Positions 35,665 to 48,990 of a DNA stretch of 64,000 bases are shown one piece after another. The notes beneath the pieces were generated by a model. That model worked only from the letters and a program-made list of their open reading frames with translations. It did not search any database and was not told the origin of the DNA. The stretch is from contig NC_087436.1 in the NCBI RefSeq assembly GCF_036321535.1, forward strand, positions 93,124,001-93,188,000, read 5' to 3'. The translations under genes and the position numbers were made by a program. The stretch is from Camelus dromedarius (lineage: Eukaryota). Numbering within the stretch: position 1 is the first letter of the stretch; each line of letters opens with the position of its first letter.

Positions 35665-35940
35665 AAGAAAAGTCAAAAGGTACAAACTTCCAGTTATGAG
35701 ACAAACAAGTTATGGGATGTAATGTACAGCATGACGACTATGCTTAATAATACTGGATTGCATGTTTCAAAGTGGCTAAGAGAATATATCTTAGAAATTC
35801 TCATCACAAGAAAAATAAAATTTATGTGGTGACAGATGTTAACTAGATTTATTGTGGTGAACATTTTGCAACATATGCAAATACTGAATCATTATGTAGT
35901 ACACCTGAATCTAATACAATGGTGTATGTCAATTATACTC
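35665..35940 (+). mobile_element. L1 3' end (L1MA9/10-like)
   Basis: ggtacaaacttccagttat...gatgtaatgtacagcatg...ttctcatcacaag...tacacctgaatctaatacaatg...gtcaattatactc. Confidence 0.88.
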
Positions 35941-37045
35941 CCCACCGGCCCCCGCCCCCCCAAAAGGCACACTGACAACAGAGGAGTGACTTTAAGAGAA
36001 TTGTGGCTGACTGTGCCTTATTCCCAGTCATGCATCATAAAATACAATATCAACTCCAACTTGATTTCATTTAGTAGTTTCCATTTTTTTCCCAATTATT
36101 TTCCCTCATCATTAAAAAAGTCAGTATCGGCAAATAGTGAAAAATTAACAGCTCTGAATTTTGGTTTCTCTCTCTTTTCTGCCCTTTCATAATAAAATAA
36201 CCCAAAAGTCATGAAAAGGAGATGTGTAGCCAATCCAAAGACCCTATCTATGTAATTAAGCTTATTATTAAAGCATATTCATGCCAAATATTGTTTGACT
36301 AATTTGGAAAGTGTTTTATATGAATTTGGTAGAGTCTAAAGGACTTCTAAACTACAGGAAAGTTATCTCTACCATGTCATAAGGACTTTTCTTCTCATTA
36401 CGCTGGTCATGAGCTATTTCTTTATAGAGAAGCACATTGCTTTTCTTTTACTATAACATTCTTTCCCAAGAATTCTTTGGCCCCAAACCTGGCCCCCTGA
36501 ATAGATACAGTCAACAATAGCCAAATGGCTAATGATCCATCTTCAAACAACTTGATCACTGACACATATGTGAAAACAGTTACAAATGTAAATGAAGAAG
36601 AGATTTCTCCATAATATATTGCCTTTTTTGCATAATAAACAGGGTTCAGATCTGTTTACTGAGTTTGCAGTCTTCCAAGAGCCTATTCATATGCCCAGTT
36701 GGAGCCAATAAAAGCTTTTTGTCTAACCCGAACAGATTCTGTGTAGACTTCTCTCTTGCCTCTCCCTCTGTTAAGTTTCACCTAACATTTTTTTCTCCTT
36801 GTCTCTAAAATTCTAACTCTACATGCATGATTTTTGCATTTCAAAAAATTATGTTTAATCAGAATGAAGGCTATGCACAAGGGAAGGCCAACGCATCCTG
36901 TTTTGAAAGATGAATTTTTACCTCCACATTTTTATTTTATTAGGCATGCCCAATTCTCTGCCTCTCAGACCTTACAACATCATCAGAAACCTGCAAGTCT
37001 AACCATAAATGGGTTTCCCTTAGACATAAATCGTGCATTACTTAC

Positions 37046-37152
37046 TTGACTGTTACTCTGTTGGACGTATCCTGCAGGTCACTCGGGTCAAAAAGTTGAG
37101 ATTCTTTAAGGCCAAGCTCTTTACAACCTCTCAAGAATAATATGATATTGTC
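37046..37152 (-). CDS. LIMCH1: LIMCH1 coding exon (approx. exon 4; CH domain C-terminal half), 107 nt, phase 0 to 2
   Basis: Reverse complement reads ttccttccag|GACAATATC...ACAGTCAA|gtaagt. It translates [35 protein letters not shown](K), which I recognise as the LIMCH1 calponin-homology region. Confidence 0.96.
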
Positions 37153-38190
37153 CTGGAAGGAAGAAAAGAAATCTAAATCTATATTATTTTATATTATCTT
37201 TATGAACCAGCCTTTCTTCCTAGTAGCCCAAATTACTAGAGACATGTCAGTTACTAAGGCAGTGAGAGTCAGGTGTGAGTCATGGCTTGTTGGATAATAA
37301 AAATCATACTTGCTTAGGAAATGCTGGAGTAAATAGACACTTCAAACTTCTAAAGCCACAGCTATATCAAATTCTTGTTTTCCCCTCTACCTTAACACAT
37401 TTGTATAAAACTGTAAGTTAAATGCCACTGAAAAGCAGAACTTAGCAATTTGAGGGGAATAGTACTCAAGAACCCCCATTGCTTTAAAGTTTTGTCCATG
37501 TCTTATTGCCTAGAATCTCGTTCAAAATTGGTATTTTTTTCTTAAAAATAGGTTTTACTACCCAACTTTCACCTTTGACAACTTTTTCTTTTTAATTGAT
37601 CTTCAAAAATACATACTTCATCAGTGGCTTTTGCCCAATAATACCTCTTTGTGGACTATAAACTGAATTAAATGGGAAGAAAATCTAGACTTAATTGGAA
37701 AGGGAAAAGTGAGAAGGCCTGGAAATCTTTCAAAAATTATGTCAAAGATCTTCTTCCTAGTAAAATAAATCTCTCCAGCAGGTACAAATTTATTTTGAAC
37801 TGGCAGAGTGGCAGGCACAATTTACAGCTGAGGATGGTTCTGGTCTTCATCTATTGGGAGTCATTAAGAACAAACAAATGGCTCTGGAAGGGACTGCACA
37901 TTGTGAGTCGCCCTTTTGGAATTCCAGGATATTAGCAGCAGGTTCAGCAGCTACAAGCCTCTAATTATCCTCTTCCTAAAAGACTTCTGATGAGTTAACT
38001 GGCCCATCAGGTAGTTCAAACTACAAGAAAGGAATGATCAAGGCTGGCTCTGATCAAGGGGAGTCCATCTAAATGCTCTAAGAAAAGATGCTACGAAAAT
38101 CTGAAATGATGGCAGTGGTAAATGAATCATATATTCATCCATGTGCAATTCAACAAAGCGAACAAGAAGCACAGTATTTCCCAATTACCA

Positions 38191-38665
38191 GTGTGTAGGC
38201 AGGATTCTAAGAGGACCCCCAAGAATCTCACCACCTTGTGAACACACCCTGTACAATCACCTCCTCTTGCATGTGAGTAGAACTTGTGCCTGTGATGGAA
38301 TATCACTCTGTGATCATGTGATTAACCAGCTGGCTTTGAGCTGGTCAAAAGAAAGATGCTCAGATTGGGCCTGACCTAATCAGGGGAGCTTTTAAAAGAA
38401 AGTAAAGTCAGAGTTCCTGCCGGCTAGGAGTTCTATGGGTTCAAGGAGATGCATTCTGTCAACAACAACATGAGCTTGGAAGAGGCTTGGAAGAAGCTCA
38501 GGTAGGACCTCAGCCCCCACCAACACCTCAGTTTCAGCACTATGAGACCCTGAGCAAAGAACTCAGTCATGCCATGTCCATAATAACTGAGATAATTAAT
38601 GGGTGTTGAGTTAGGATGCTAAGTTTACAGTGATTGTATTATGCAGCAATAAAAAAATTAATACA
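38191..38665 (+). mobile_element. MaLR LTR (MLT1D/E-like)
   Basis: tgtgtaggcaggattctaaga...gggcctgacctaatcag...gagaccctgagcaaagaactcag...atgcagcaataaaaaaattaataca. Confidence 0.85.
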
Positions 38666-38694
38666 TCCAGGCTCAAAACAAGAGCAATAGCAAT

Positions 38695-38900
38695 AAATTG
38701 ACAATCTTTATATCACCTTTATTACACGCCAAGCATTCTTCCAAGAATTTTACATATATTAACTCATTTAATCCCTGCACAGCCTTATGAGGTAGGTGCT
38801 ACTTTTATCCTCATTTTACAGATGAGCAATGTGAGGCACAGAACAATTAAGCATCTTGCCCAAGGCCACACAGCCAGCAAAGGATGGAGGTTCAAAACAA
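38695..38900 (-). mobile_element. MIR
   Basis: aactcatttaatccctgcacagccttatgaggtagg...cctcattttacagatgag...gcatcttgcccaaggccacacagc. Confidence 0.85.
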
Positions 38901-40184
38901 CATGGGATCTATGAAGAACTCAAGCCTCAAATCTGAGGCTGGCACCAAAAAAGATGAGGCTATGGAGTCAGGGGCTGATCATGGGGACTTTGAAGGCCAT
39001 GGAAGGCAGGCTGTGGTTGTCACTGAGGGGCAAGGATCTGAGGAATGAATGCCCAGATCTGCAGCATAAGTAGACTGTTGGGGGTAGACCTGGGGGAGGT
39101 AGACAGTGTGCAGGAAGGACCTGGGAGGAACCAGACAGGAGACAGGGAGACCAATGAGGAGATAGCACAGTGTCTCCCCCCTTGGAGGGTGGCCCATTCC
39201 AGAAGGTTTTCTTTCCTGTTCCCCTGGATGTTTTCAATAGGCAATTGCCACCATTCATAAGATCTCCTGTAGACTGACAGTGAGCTGCTCATGGTCTGAA
39301 GTCATCCACACCCTAGCCAGTCTCTCCTCCAGTAACTTTGCACATTTTAAAATTATCCAGTTTCTCTGTGGAGTTTCTCTATTTTTCCCTCCCACCTCCA
39401 GGGGTTTGTAGATGTTCAGGTGAGTTCTTTCTAGGGCATGCAGCTATCTTTCTGGTTGGCCTCTGAGCTCTGAGGGATTCTTGTCCAGAGGAAAGCAAAG
39501 GGTGGGTCCTGGAACTCTCTAGGAATCATTTGGGACCAAAATGAAAGGAGCAGACCTGTGACCACTGTGTGGTTCCGTAAGAAGCCCATGACTGGCACCT
39601 TAGATCCTCAAGAGAGACAAGAAGGTGCCCTCCCCACGTGCATTCCTGGGTACGCCCCTGAGTGCCATGCTGTCTTCAGCACACAGATTGCAAACACAGA
39701 AGCACTGTGTTGCCAGCGAGGCTGGACAGTTTAGACTAGGAGATTTAAAGAATTGCAGGTCTCCTTCCAGCTCCTTGCTGCAACCTGATGATGCTGGAGG
39801 GGAGCCAGACCCCAGTCAGGAGAAAAGCCAGAAGGAAGAGCCCCCCCGCCCCCAGCCAAGAGCTAACAGGGGCGGCGACCGGAGCGGGCGGGAGGACTGT
39901 GCCTTTAATTACAGAAGATGCATCTTGCAAATTCCCATCTGCCCTGCTCTTCACACTGAGTTTTTTCCACATTTCAATTCCAAGCAAGACTAATGTCTTA
40001 GTGTCTTAGCTTCAGAAGCCAAGTAACACAACAGCGTCTCAATCCTGGGGTAGAAGGAGTGGAGACACTGATTCACCACAGTGACTATTCTATTCAGCTC
40101 TTACTAATGTAGTATTGCAAACTCATTAAGAATTAGGCTTCAAAAGAAGTTTTTAAAGGACTCTTCAAAAAAGTCAATGCATGA

Positions 40185-40865
40185 TAAAACAAAAGTTGGA
40201 GATTGAAGAGGCATGATGACCAAATGCACCGTCTGACCTTTGATTGGACCCTAGATCCAAAAAAAGGAAAGCAGATAAGGCTATAAAAATCCAATTTAAA
40301 TATGGATTGTTGTTGGATGATATAATTGAATGTTAATTTTCTTAGGCATGATGATGATGGCATTGTGATTATATGAGAGAATGCCTTTATTTTTAAGGGA
40401 ACGTATGAATTATTTAGGGACAAGTTGTGACTATAACATAATTTCAAATGGTTCAAGAAAAAATATGTACGTGTGCACGTGTAGTAGAGAAAAAGAGAGA
40501 GAGGGGATGATGTCTGCCTGTTATGGAGAAAGAGATAAAGCAGATACAGTAAAATATTAGCAATCAGTGAATCTAGATCTCAAAGGTTGGCAAATTTTTG
40601 CTATAAAGGGCCAGATAGTCAATATAGCTTTGTGGGCCTCTGGTGGTCTCCATCAAAATGACTCAGCTTTGTCCGTCATTGTAGCCAGACAAATACATAG
40701 ACAAATGGGAATGATCTGCATTTCTATTCAGTTTATTTACCAAAGCAGGCGTTGGGCTGGATTGGGCCCACAGGCTGCATGCAGTCCACTGGCCCTGTTC
40801 CAGGTTACTCAGGTGTTCACTGTGCCTTTTTTTCTTTTTTAACTTTTATGTACACTTGAAATTTC
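40185..40865 (+). mobile_element. old L1MC/L1ME 3' end interrupted by MER58A
   Basis: aatgttaattttcttaggcatgat...gcattgtgattat...gcaatcagtgaatctag, resuming after the MITE with ggtgttcactgtg...acttgaaattt. Confidence 0.75.
40581..40797. mobile_element. MER58A-like hAT-Charlie MITE
   Basis: caaaggttggcaaatttttgctataaagggccagatagt...gctttgtgggcc...gggctggattgggcccacaggctg...ccctg matches the recalled MER58A layout. Confidence 0.85.
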
Positions 40866-41704
40866 TCCCCCAAGTCTGGAGAAAAGGTTTTTAAATTTGT
40901 AAAAGTGTACTCAACTCCATAGGGTTGTGGCTTCACTTGCAAAACCAGTTTCATCAATTCAAGGGAAAAATAATGGCCACCTCAGAGACAACCACTGCAA
41001 AGTCCTGGAGGTCAATGCTCAAGTGCTAACGATGGAAAGTTACCATTTCTGGCTCTTGGGAAAGTGCTGTAACATGAGTCTCAATGCAACACAGGTGCGG
41101 AACATAAAGTTCCTAAAAGAGTCCACTTTGTTCTTGACTAGTATTAATATATAGATTTATACTGCTGTTTATGTAACTACTATGCATTTAGTCTTCCTTG
41201 TTCTTGGCCCAGTGGCTTCCCATTTCATTCATCTGTGGGCCTGCCCTCTGTATGAAAACACTCCCCAGGGGCGTGGGGTGGAGGCCTGCGCTTTTTGCCC
41301 TCCCCGGCTGGGGCCTCTTCTTTGAAGAAGACCTTGTACTTTTCTCCACTTCCTTCTCCTCCAAAGGCAAGGTGAAGGCAGGCCCAGGATGGTCTCTACC
41401 GCCAGGGGGTAGCAGGGGCCCTGGCATGTAGTAGGTGCTCACTAAATATTGAAAATAAATTAAGTACTATATTCTAGGCACTTATAAGAATGAAAAACAA
41501 CAACAAAAATTTCCCATCCTCATGGAGTTGACATTCCAGTAGATGAAATAATAAGGACTTACAACAGAAGTATCTTATCTCCAGGATTCAACTTCACCAT
41601 CTATCAAATATATGGATTTGTTCAAGATACACATAAACAGAGGTCTGTTTATGAAAAAATGTCTAATCAAACAATGAAAATGAGAGAAGAACAACTCTAT
41701 CACG

Positions 41705-41945
41705 GAACACAGTGCAAAAGCTTTGGAGTCAGGAGGACTCCGTTTAGAATCCCAGCCTTACCTGCTTATTAGCTATGTGGCCTGGGGCATGTTTCCTAAC
41801 CTTTCCGATTCTGGAATCTCTAATCTGTGAGGTGGGGGATGCCACCAACCTTATAGGGATGTCAGCATTACAGAAACTATATACTAAGAACACAGCCTAG
41901 GGTCTGGCACCTTCTGGGCACTCATATAGGAGTTATGCATTATTA
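41705..41945 (+). mobile_element. MIR
   Basis: gctttggagtcagg...gaatcccagccttacctgcttattagctatgtggcctgggg. Confidence 0.8.
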
Positions 41946-43439
41946 TTGACATTACTGTCAACTCAAGTCAAAAAGAGACCGCAGAGGATGAAATGAAGAA
42001 CAGTTTCTTCATCCATTACACCCGTAAAAAACAGACACGGTGTGTATTTATAGCCCTTGCCAGTTACATGGGAGATGGTTAAAAAAAAAAGGTAATTGCA
42101 ATTATTGCTGTTTAGCTAATGATAGGAATTGCCAGCTTGACACTTTTATACAGGCTGCTTCAAACTTAGGTGCAAGCTATGTATCAAAAGCTCTTTTGTA
42201 AGATGGTGGCTTGTAAGTCATCATTTGTAATTATCTCACAGAAATAATCTTTGCATGGTGGTCCTCAGTTTGGGCCAGAAAAGCTAACTTAATCCAAAAT
42301 GTACCCAAAGAGGAGTCCTAACTACACTACAGAACCTAACCACTCAGCAGAACAACGCTTCAGTGGGAAAGTACATTCAGATCAGGCACATGCTCTAGGC
42401 TCTAGCGGATGGAAGGTTCCAGAGAACATAGAAAAGGCTTCCTAAGCCCAAGGCAGCACCTTGGGAAGGACGGGCAGGAGTGAGAGGGGAGGGGTCAGCA
42501 ATTCATTCCTGAGAGCCCCCTGAGACACTTCAGTGTCTCACCCAGGTCTTTCTCTCCTGTCTTCAGAGGACACGCATGGACCTTCTTGCTACCTTTCCCT
42601 TAGCTGTCATTTCCCACTAGAAAGTGGCTCATCTCCTTCCCTGGGCCACTGTGAAGCAGCGTGCAGCTCTCTGGCTCGGAGGATGGTACTCAGTGGTTCT
42701 CTAGGGAAACCAGGCAGGTAGTGAGAAGCCCCCTGCTCTGTCCAATCTCCTTGGTTTACTTCCCTTACAGCCCATAGGGAAAAGGCAACATGATGATGGA
42801 TTTGGAGTTCACAGAAAATGAAGGTAATGCTCATTTGGGGCTCATTTGAGTTTCCAATGAACCCAGATACCTATACTGCCAGGTATTTAAAATGCAATAG
42901 ATACAAAGCATCCGTATAATCTTCAATTTCTTTAAAAGACTAGGTTGAGATATCAACATGTAAACTAAGACTGCATATGGTGAACTTACTATTTTAATAT
43001 ATTTTCTATAATAAATATTTGCTTTCAAAAATTTTTATAAGGATTAGGATATCTCAGAAAGATCTGCGAGTGCAGCAGAGAAGACCTGGACCTCTTTGGA
43101 AAATCAGTAACTAACACCAATGTGACTTTTCTCTTCTAGCTGTCAGGCTTTTTTTTTTTTTTTTTTTTTTAATGGTTTTTGTTAGGTTTCCTGCATGTGA
43201 AGCAAACAAACTCCCTTTAACAGAAGTGCAATTTTGAAATTCAGAACTTAAGGAAGACATTATCAAAATATCTCTAGGAACATGCCCCACAATGAACAGA
43301 ATTCGGGGATTTCCTGTATCTGCCGTGTGTGCACCGCTGCTCTCCTAACCTGCATGGGTTCTAGCCTGGCTCCAGGAATTGGCTGATGTCCAGCGACAGT
43401 CAGCACTCACCTGACTTTCAGTGCATTTGGATTTGCCAG

Positions 43440-44380
43440 GAGCACTTAATGAGGATACTAGGCCTTCCACTGAGAGGCAAGAGCCACTCACTCTGCCTGG
43501 GGGAGTTCTGGGGAAGTTTGACCCAGAAGGTGGCTGCCTGAAGGAGAAGAAAAAAATTTATGGATGGGAAGTGAGCAGAAGCACAGCGGGCTGCAGGGAG
43601 AGAATGAAAGGCTGGGAGGGGAAGAAAGTTATGAGAGGCACGCTCGACAGAGCTGTGAGAGACTTGGGAAGGACTGTCCTCTAGGCAGTGTGGAATCCAG
43701 GCCAGCTGATGAGGGTGGGAAGAGTCCTGGATCCGACCTTTACTTTAGGAGAACACGTTGGGTGGCAGCAAAAGAGATCCACTGGGTGGAGGAGAGGGTC
43801 TGAGGATGAGAGAAGGACAAGAGCTCGGGGAGGGATGTGGAAGCCTGAGCTCATCCAGAAGCAGCAGGGGCAGACAAGGGCAAGGACGTGAGCACGCCTC
43901 CTTGGCTTGGCACTTGAGCGGATTGTTTGAGCAGAGGATGAGGACGAGGAGAGGGGGTTGGGGTGACGCGGAGTTTCTTAGCCACTGAGACCATCTTAAA
44001 GAATGGAGGGAGGGGAGATGTGTGAGAAGTGGAAATAATGAAGTAAGCTTGGAATATTCCATATTCAAAGCTACAGCTCACTGGGAGCTTATATTTGGGT
44101 CTACAGCTCAGAAGTGAGGCCCCAGCAGAACATGCAGGATTGGAAGTCACTGGGGTGAGGACACAGCAGAAGACTAAAACAGGGCCACCCCGAACACCGA
44201 TGTTTAAAGGATGGTTAGAGGTGGAGGAACCCCCTGTGCCTGAGGAGAAGCAGATGAGAGCAGGAAAAGATCCAGACAAGACTGACGGGAGGAACCAAGA
44301 GCACTATGCAGGGAGCACTTGGGCCCAGTGCCCAACGCGGCAGCGTCACATCTAGGAAGGACCCCAGCTCCTCCACTTAG
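43440..44380 (-). mobile_element. decayed L2 body
   Basis: Purine-rich text with L2 antisense hallmarks (ggcagtgtggaatcc, gatttatatttggg-like, aacaccgatgtttaaaggatggttagagg). Judged by eye. Confidence 0.65.
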
Positions 44381-44799
44381 CTGCTGAACAACCTGGGGCA
44401 AGCTGCCTATGTGGTCTCCACCTCAGTTTTCTCCTCTAAAGCCCAAGTCCTTACAGTGGCCTAACGGCCCGACAGGAGCTAGTGCCACTGCCTGGCAAAG
44501 CCACCCCACCTCACTCCCTCTCCCCGCAGCCAGGCACAGCTCCTGCTGGTCTTCAACCAAACCAAGTAGATCCCTGCCAGGGCCTCGGCACTCTCTTGTT
44601 CTCACCTAGATACTATCTAGAATGATCTCTTGTGTATCATAAGTAAACCTTCAAGAAATACACATGGAATGAATGAATGTTCATTCACCATAAAAATGAG
44701 GCTACTCATGTCATAGGGCTGTTGTGGAGCTAAGAAAATGTAGGTAAAGTGCTTAGGAAAAGAACAGTGTTTGGCACAATAGATGTTTTCCACTTGATA

Positions 44800-45620
44800 C
44801 TTATTTCTATCATTAGGATAAAACTAGTAAGTCATCAATGAATAGAATTTTCTGATTAGAAGGACATGATTGACTTTGGGGACAACTTCTCTGTGGAACA
44901 ACAGGATAAAAACCAGATTGCAGGAAGTTAAGAAGGCAGTGTAGAATAAAAAACAATGGAGGAAAAACACAAAGAGACACCCTGGGAAGTGTTGCAGAGA
45001 AGAGATTATGAGAAAAGGTACGGCGGGTCAAAGGAAGATCAGCTGGTTGCTTCTCTAGGAAAGCCGCAGGTCAGGACGACGCGGCACCCGGCTTGTTTCA
45101 GAGCTCCCTTGCCCTCCCAGACCACTGATGCCATCACCCTCATGGGCGATCCTCATCGCGTGCGAGGTCTTGAGCCATCAGTTCGTCCCCACCGTGACCT
45201 CCCATCCTACTCGCTGTGGGTGGAGGACCCCAGCACAGGCGCGCCATTCACTACAGTCAACAGTCCAGGTGATTTAGATTCTACACAGCAACCTGTTCAA
45301 CAGCTTGGCTTTTCAGTTCTTCGATTTCCTCAATTCCAGTAGTTTTTGCTTACACAGCCATTTCAGGACCATCACCCACACCTGCCCTGTGGAATCATAA
45401 ACGCCAACACCTAATCCTTGGCCTGAGGACCACCTCCCCCTCAACCCAGGTTTCTCACTTGTCTCCTCTAACACCTGCTCTTTCATCTCCAGACTCTGCT
45501 CTTTTCGCTCAGTCCACTTCCCTCTACTCCACGGCTTATCTCCTTCCTGATCCAGTCCAGACCAGTGTGACATGCTCCTCTGCTGGCATCTTCAGCATTC
45601 CACTCCTGCCTATCCTTTAG
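44800..45620. mobile_element. L2 fragments (minus at about 44800-45020, plus at about 45350-45620) flanking a CpG-rich patch
   Basis: L2-like purine-rich text followed by pyrimidine-rich text. Family assignment by eye. Confidence 0.45.
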
Positions 45621-48194
45621 GGAGAAAGAATCAGGAAAAGGAAATAGAGGTGGAACAGTGAGCCTCAGAAATGAGCCTTGGCGGCCAAGCCAACCACCTC
45701 TTGTCTGTACTTAGGAGGGATCAGGTACGCCCACTCTTCCTGTTTCTTCATGGAGGAATGATACGCCGAGCCCTGCACTCTTCCTCCCCAAGGTTGACTT
45801 GGGAGAGGCAACGGGGCAGGCTCAGCTCAGCCAGTTTGAGAATTCCTCTCTGTGGACAACAGCCTGTCTGTAGGACACATGCGTCCGGTCTGTCCCTGCC
45901 GTGTGGTAGGGGGCCTTTCTGCCGGGGAGGCCTGTGGTTGTCCAGCCGTGCCAGCAATGGGTGGAAGAATTTGTTGAATTCAGGAGTGAGGATTAGAAAA
46001 CCCACTTGGCTGTAGCTCTAAACCCAAGGTCTCCTATTTGTTTCATGAGAAGTAAAGCTGACAATTTGATCTCTGTCTGACTCCCATGTTTATGTCTCAG
46101 CTGGGAGGGGAAGCAAGGAGTAGGATTTACTGATCACCCTAAACCCCTAATGCTCTGCTCCTGGTGCTACTGGAAATAATGGCGCTTTATTGGGTCTGGA
46201 GCTGCTACACATTTACAAGCTCCCGCCTCCACGGGCCGCTTGCACCCACGTGGTAATCCTTCCTGTGTCCCCGGTCAGCCTTTCTCCCCATCCTTGCATA
46301 GGGTTTTACAAGGCTCCTCTGCTTTCTAATCTCTCTGCCGTGCTCTCACTGTCTCCATCAACAGAAAGAGTTAAATTAAATCCCTTCACATCACCCATCC
46401 CAAGTTCTGTATCTAAACACTTTTTTAAAAAAAAGAATATAAAGTTGAATATTTTAAGGCATTTGAAAACCACCTGTTAACATGTTTTCAGTAATGGGAG
46501 CAAAACGGGAATCTGTGTCAGAGTGAAGATCAAAGAGCCAGCAGGGAGGTTCTATTATCTTTAGCTTAAGTTTTCTATTTATTGAAAGATATTAATTGCA
46601 TGTTTATAGTATGAAAGGCAATGTACTAAGTGCTTTGGGCAGGAAGGGGTCATGATAGGAGCTGGGACTTCTATTTGCAGGTGAGAGAGGCCCAGATGGA
46701 CACAGGTTGATTGGATTACAGAGCCCAGTGCATCCCAGCCACAAGGGAGTAAGCGGGCAGCTGACCCTTTGAAACAACTGGAAACCAGGGCCTCATGTGT
46801 TTGGAACCAGGAATTCCGTCACCTGCTGTCTGCTCACTCTGTACGTTGGCTTATTCGCTTTCACTGCACACAGCTTTCCTCCACGTGGGTCCCCAGGTTC
46901 CCAGGTTCCCAATCTCACACATGAAGGTTGTCACCCCGAGAGGACTCTCTTTTCCCCTTGCAGTTTGAAAAAGATCCCAGGAAAAGGAAAAGACCCTTAT
47001 TGGCCTGACCCTCCCACAGTGACTAACAGAACAGGGTAAAGGAGGCCAAGAATTGTTTTAATCAACGGTGGCGATGGGAGGAGTAGGGGCCAGAGCCGTT
47101 TCCAAAAGGAGAATGCGATTCCCAGGAGAGGGGTTCAGGGCAGACAAAACTTGCAACACTGGCCACCTGCACAAAAGTGGACCAGATGTGGATTTTTCTC
47201 TCAAAGTTCTTAAAGCGTAGAACACAGAATCATCACTACCATCTTTAGCATTCTATATAGAACGGATCAAATTTCACTTTCCTTTAAAGATGTTCTTTTG
47301 AAAGAGTCCCTGCGCTAAGCAGCAGTGCTGCCTCAGTTTCCTGAAGTTAACAGGCTTGATGCCAAAGACCAACCACTGAATGAAGCCAGCCTAAGTTACT
47401 TAACTAATTCTGTGGGAAGAGCTTTTCCAAGCACAATCTCTTGCCAGGACAGCAGTTGGAGCCTAGTTCTTCTTCCCCAGGGAAACCTACAGAAACAGAG
47501 GGCCCAACTCCCAAAGCTCCAGCACCTTGATTTTATCTCTTTCTGGATTCCAGACTCATGATTGTCTACACAGCAGCTACTTCTCCTCTCAAGGACCTGA
47601 CATTCAAGCCTACCTGAGGGTCGACACCATAGTGCTAACTCAGGAGAGCTGGGACGCCAGCCTATCAGGGGAACTGTCTAGATTCCAAGGCCTCCATCCC
47701 TCCAAAAGATGACCGAACTATCCCTCCCCACCCAAAACAGCATTATTATGTGATCTTGCCAGATTGTTTTCCAGTATAATTTAGGAATTGTACCTGGGAA
47801 TGTTGAATGAAAAATAGCTTTCAGTTATGTTAAAGTAAAACTGCTTAAACCATCCATCATACTTCCTTAAACAGTACCCATATATTTGACATGTAATATG
47901 ACTTTAGCATTTATCACAGCAGTGATAGTTGAACTGTGATCTGTGGACTGCTGTGGGTTTGGTACTGGCTAATGATGAGATAAATGCAGAATTGGAAAAG
48001 AGTATTTAGAAACTTTTATAACCATTTGGCATTCCAAACACATCCAAGGGTGTGACTGATGGGCACATTTCATTGCACAGGGTACACACCATTCTGGATG
48101 CTGTCCAACTTGAACACCGTGTGAACTGTGTAGTTAATGGCTCGAGGATCACATATCAGCCCAAATTGGATCACACATTAAACAATCAGCAACA

Positions 48195-48990
48195 ACAAAA
48201 TGCAAATCAAAACCACAAGATACCATTTTACACCAAGTAGAATCACTAATTTAAAAAACATACACACACAGAGAGAAAGTGTTGGCAAGGACTTGGAGAA
48301 ACTGGAACCCTTATGCATTTCTAGTGGGAATATAAAATAGTGTAGCTTCTGTGGAAAATAGCTTGGCAGTGGCTTAAGAAGTTAAACACAGAATTACAAC
48401 ACGATCCAGCAATTCCACTTCTAGGTATGTACCTGAAAGAACTGAAAAGCAGGACTCAGAACGGGTACTTGTACACCAATGTTCATTTCACAAAAGCCAA
48501 AAGGTGGAAACAAACCAGACCATTTATCCAAAAGCAAATGAATGGATAAACAAAGGGTGGAATATNNNNNNNNNNNNNNNNNNNNNNNNNNNNNNNNNNN
48601 NNNNNNNNNNNNNNNNNNNNNNNNNNNNNNNNNNNNNNNNNNNNNNNNNNNNNNNNNNNNNNNNNNNNNNNNNNNNNNNNNNNNNNNNNNNNNNNNNNNN
48701 NNNNNNNNNNNNNNNNNNNNNNNNNNNNNNNNNNNNNNNNNNATATAACGGAGGTTACTAGGGGCGGGGCTCTGAGGAATGGAGAGATATTGTTTAACAG
48801 GGAGAGAGTTCCCGTTTGGAATGATGAAAAAATTCTGAAAATGGTTCATGGTGATGTTTGCAACAACAGTGTTAATGTACTTATTTAATACCACTCAATT
48901 GTACACACCTAAAAATGGTTAGAATGGTAAATTTAAATTTAATGTTATGTATATTTTACAATAAAAATTTCAAAAAAAAAAAAAAAGAAA
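48195..48990 (+). mobile_element. L1MB-like 3' fragment with A tail, spanning an N gap
   Basis: aatgcaaatcaaaaccacaag; tgttggcaaggacttggagaaactggaaccc; gatccagcaattccacttctaggtat; gatgaaaaaattctg; poly-A at about 48972-48990. Confidence 0.9.
48566..48741. other. assembly gap, 176 N (inside an L1)
   Basis: N run. Confidence 1.

Noticed and set aside
37542-37551. Perfect MEF2-type sites (also 4843-4852 and 59460-59469)
   Set aside because: AT-rich 10-mers are expected every few kb here, they are not clustered, and one lies inside an L2.
42040-42056. Sense-strand TATAAAT box
   Set aside because: There is no downstream donor or supporting motif cluster.
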